From Tubiluchus corallicola (Eukaryota; Animalia; Priapulida), in NCBI GenBank assembly GCA_030141605.1, contig JAQGDQ010001049.1:1-64000 (forward strand): 64,000 bases of DNA, written 5' to 3'. The translations under genes were made by a program, and so were the position numbers. Position 1 is the first letter of the stretch. Every line of letters starts with the position of its first letter. The notes beneath the pieces were generated by a model, which saw only the letters and a program-made list of their open reading frames with translations, was not told the origin of the DNA and ran no database searches. Positions 62,113-64,000 of this stretch are shown piece by piece.

Positions 62113-64000
62113 CTAATCGGATACTGGTACGTTACTTGGATCAACATTAATGACATGCAAATTGCGTGATCGGAAAGATACTTTGTTTGTAAATTCAGCT
62201 GTTCTGTCTCTAGGTGATGAAGTTGTAGCAAGTGTTGCTACTATTACATTCAAATCTCTCTCGGTGACAAAATACAAAGCATACAATTTCGAAACAAACA
62301 AGCAAATCAAACAGACAAGTGCATTGACAATTAATGCAAAAGTTAAACAAGCCGTCTGATAGATGGCGCTAGTGCCTACGTAGTAACTGGGAATGAACGC
62401 TATCCACATGACGAGTGTTGTATAGATGCAAAAACTAATGAAACGGGATTCATTAAAGTTGTCTGGTAGCTTGCGTGTCCTGAATGCGTAGTAACTGAAA
62501 AGAATAAGAAAGGAGCGTTAATAACATACATGCAGCCTCTGACTGAGTGAGATGTCAAAATTTAACAAACTATTAATGACAATAATTTTTTAAAATGTTT
62601 GACTAACCCCGCATCATTAGCCGTAGTATTTAAATCAAATAATTACTTTTTAATAAATTGTAATTGTATTAGTAAAAATAATTCAGCATATTTTTCTAGC
62701 CTCTATTCATATTTCCACCATTTTACTAAGATCTCTTCCCCTGGGTGGCCATTGGCCATATCTAGGCAATTTGTACGAAAACATATATGCTAATTTGTTA
62801 AGCTCTTAAGGTTGTTTAATGTTTGATGTATTTATCACGGCTAAGTATACGATTGCTAATAATAGGCAATTTTGCTTGGCTTCAGCTGCTGATTTTTCCA
62901 TCTGAGTAAAGTTCAAAACGAACATTTTAAATAAAGCCACTTTAACTTTCATATTTGAATTAATCTTTATAATAAATATTTTTATGGCTCTTCCGAGGTA
63001 AATTATTACTTTTTATATTGAAATTTGAAACTTGAAAGTCCCTGCAACATTTACTTCATTTGCTATTACCATACCATTAGGAAGTCTCCGTTTCAATAAA
63101 ATCTGACTATTACTATAATTTGTGTAAGTAATTATTCCTCTTCAAAGATTTTTCATTGTTAAATTGTCCAACTGTGGTTGTTACAATATAATTTATATAC
63201 TAAAAAAAATAAATAAAAAAGTATTTGTTCCTGTGCAGAATTAAAACTTAAAATCGTGATAATTTGGAGAACAGCGACAGCACAAAAAGAAGCGTCATTA
63301 TTTAGCTTAATTTTTTCTAAAGCCTTACAATCTAACGTTTTTATAATTTTCAGATCAGCAAAAAATATTCTAACAATACAAATAACAACAGTGACAACAA
63401 CAACGACAATAGCAATAACAACAATAATAACAATAACAACAACAATAACAATAACAATAGCAACAACAATAACAGTAACAGTAACAGTAACAGTAACAGT
63501 AACAGTAACAGTAACAGTAACAGTAACAGTAACAGTAACAGTAACAGTAACAGTAATAGTAACGATAACAATAATAATAACATAGCAATAACAATAACAG
63601 TAACAATGATAATGACAATGACAATGATAGTGACAATGACAGTAACAATGATAATGACAATGACAGTGACAATAAGAATAAGAATAAGGATAAGAATAAG
63701 AATAACAGTAACAGTAGCAGGACCAGTGACAGTAACAGCAACAACAACAGTAACATTAACATTAACAGTAACAATAACAGTAACAGCAACAGTAACAGTA
63801 ACAGCAACAATAGCAATAGCGATAACAATAACAATAACAGGTAGCAAAATTTTGGCATCTCTGAAACTTACCTGCATAAAATGCAAAGCAAGACATTGTA
63901 AGCCAATGAAGACAGAAATGCTGGAGGGAATGAATTGCAAGTCAATTCAACATAATTCTCTGAACGCGATCTCATCAATTTGGTTGCTTTAGGCGGAAAT
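62113..64000 (-). CDS. Class C GPCR, mGluR-like (gene C), 3' part only; runs off the window end
   Basis: Exon >64000-63872 ([42 protein letters not shown], then gtaagt) and last exon 62494-62113 ([38 protein letters not shown]...). Homologous to exons 8-9 of genes A and B, closest to B. Confidence 0.9.
63372..63840. repeat. Compound hexamer microsatellite (AACAGT/AACAAT/GACAAT/AAGAAT)n in the last intron of gene C
   Basis: Directly visible; source of the spurious poly-L/VT/CY ORFs. Confidence 0.96.

Noticed and set aside
63256-63992. Long poly-L, VT and CY ORFs (also the poly-SL/ER, poly-M/D/I ORFs elsewhere in the track)
   Set aside because: Translations of microsatellites, many inside introns of the receptor genes.

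Overview
AT-rich, intron-containing animal (invertebrate) genomic DNA, dense in microsatellites and MITEs; no prokaryotic features. I reconstructed three paralogous class C GPCR (mGluR-like) genes by hand from GT-AG junctions. Gene A is on + (3108-10585, 9 exons) and gene B on - (32376-41568, 9 exons, same intron positions); the signal-peptide exon was not found for either. Gene C is on - and only its last two exons lie in the window (62113->64000). A decayed orphan exon of a fourth paralogue sits at ~14083. Between the convergent genes A and B lie a rough (ro) homeobox gene (-) and an intronless nucleotide-diphospho-sugar transferase (-). Main observations: (1) the receptors keep the alpha-amino-acid-binding residues but have lost the glutamate-specific Arg/Lys and the dimer cysteine, each in a different way; (2) parts of their 7TM exons look homogenised by gene conversion while the ligand-binding exons have diverged. 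Together this suggests a lineage-specific chemosensory-type receptor array. The rest is LINE relics, TIR elements, tRNA-like SINE fragments, a 42-bp minisatellite with an open frame and a three-copy degenerate tandem macro-repeat. All alignments were done by eye.
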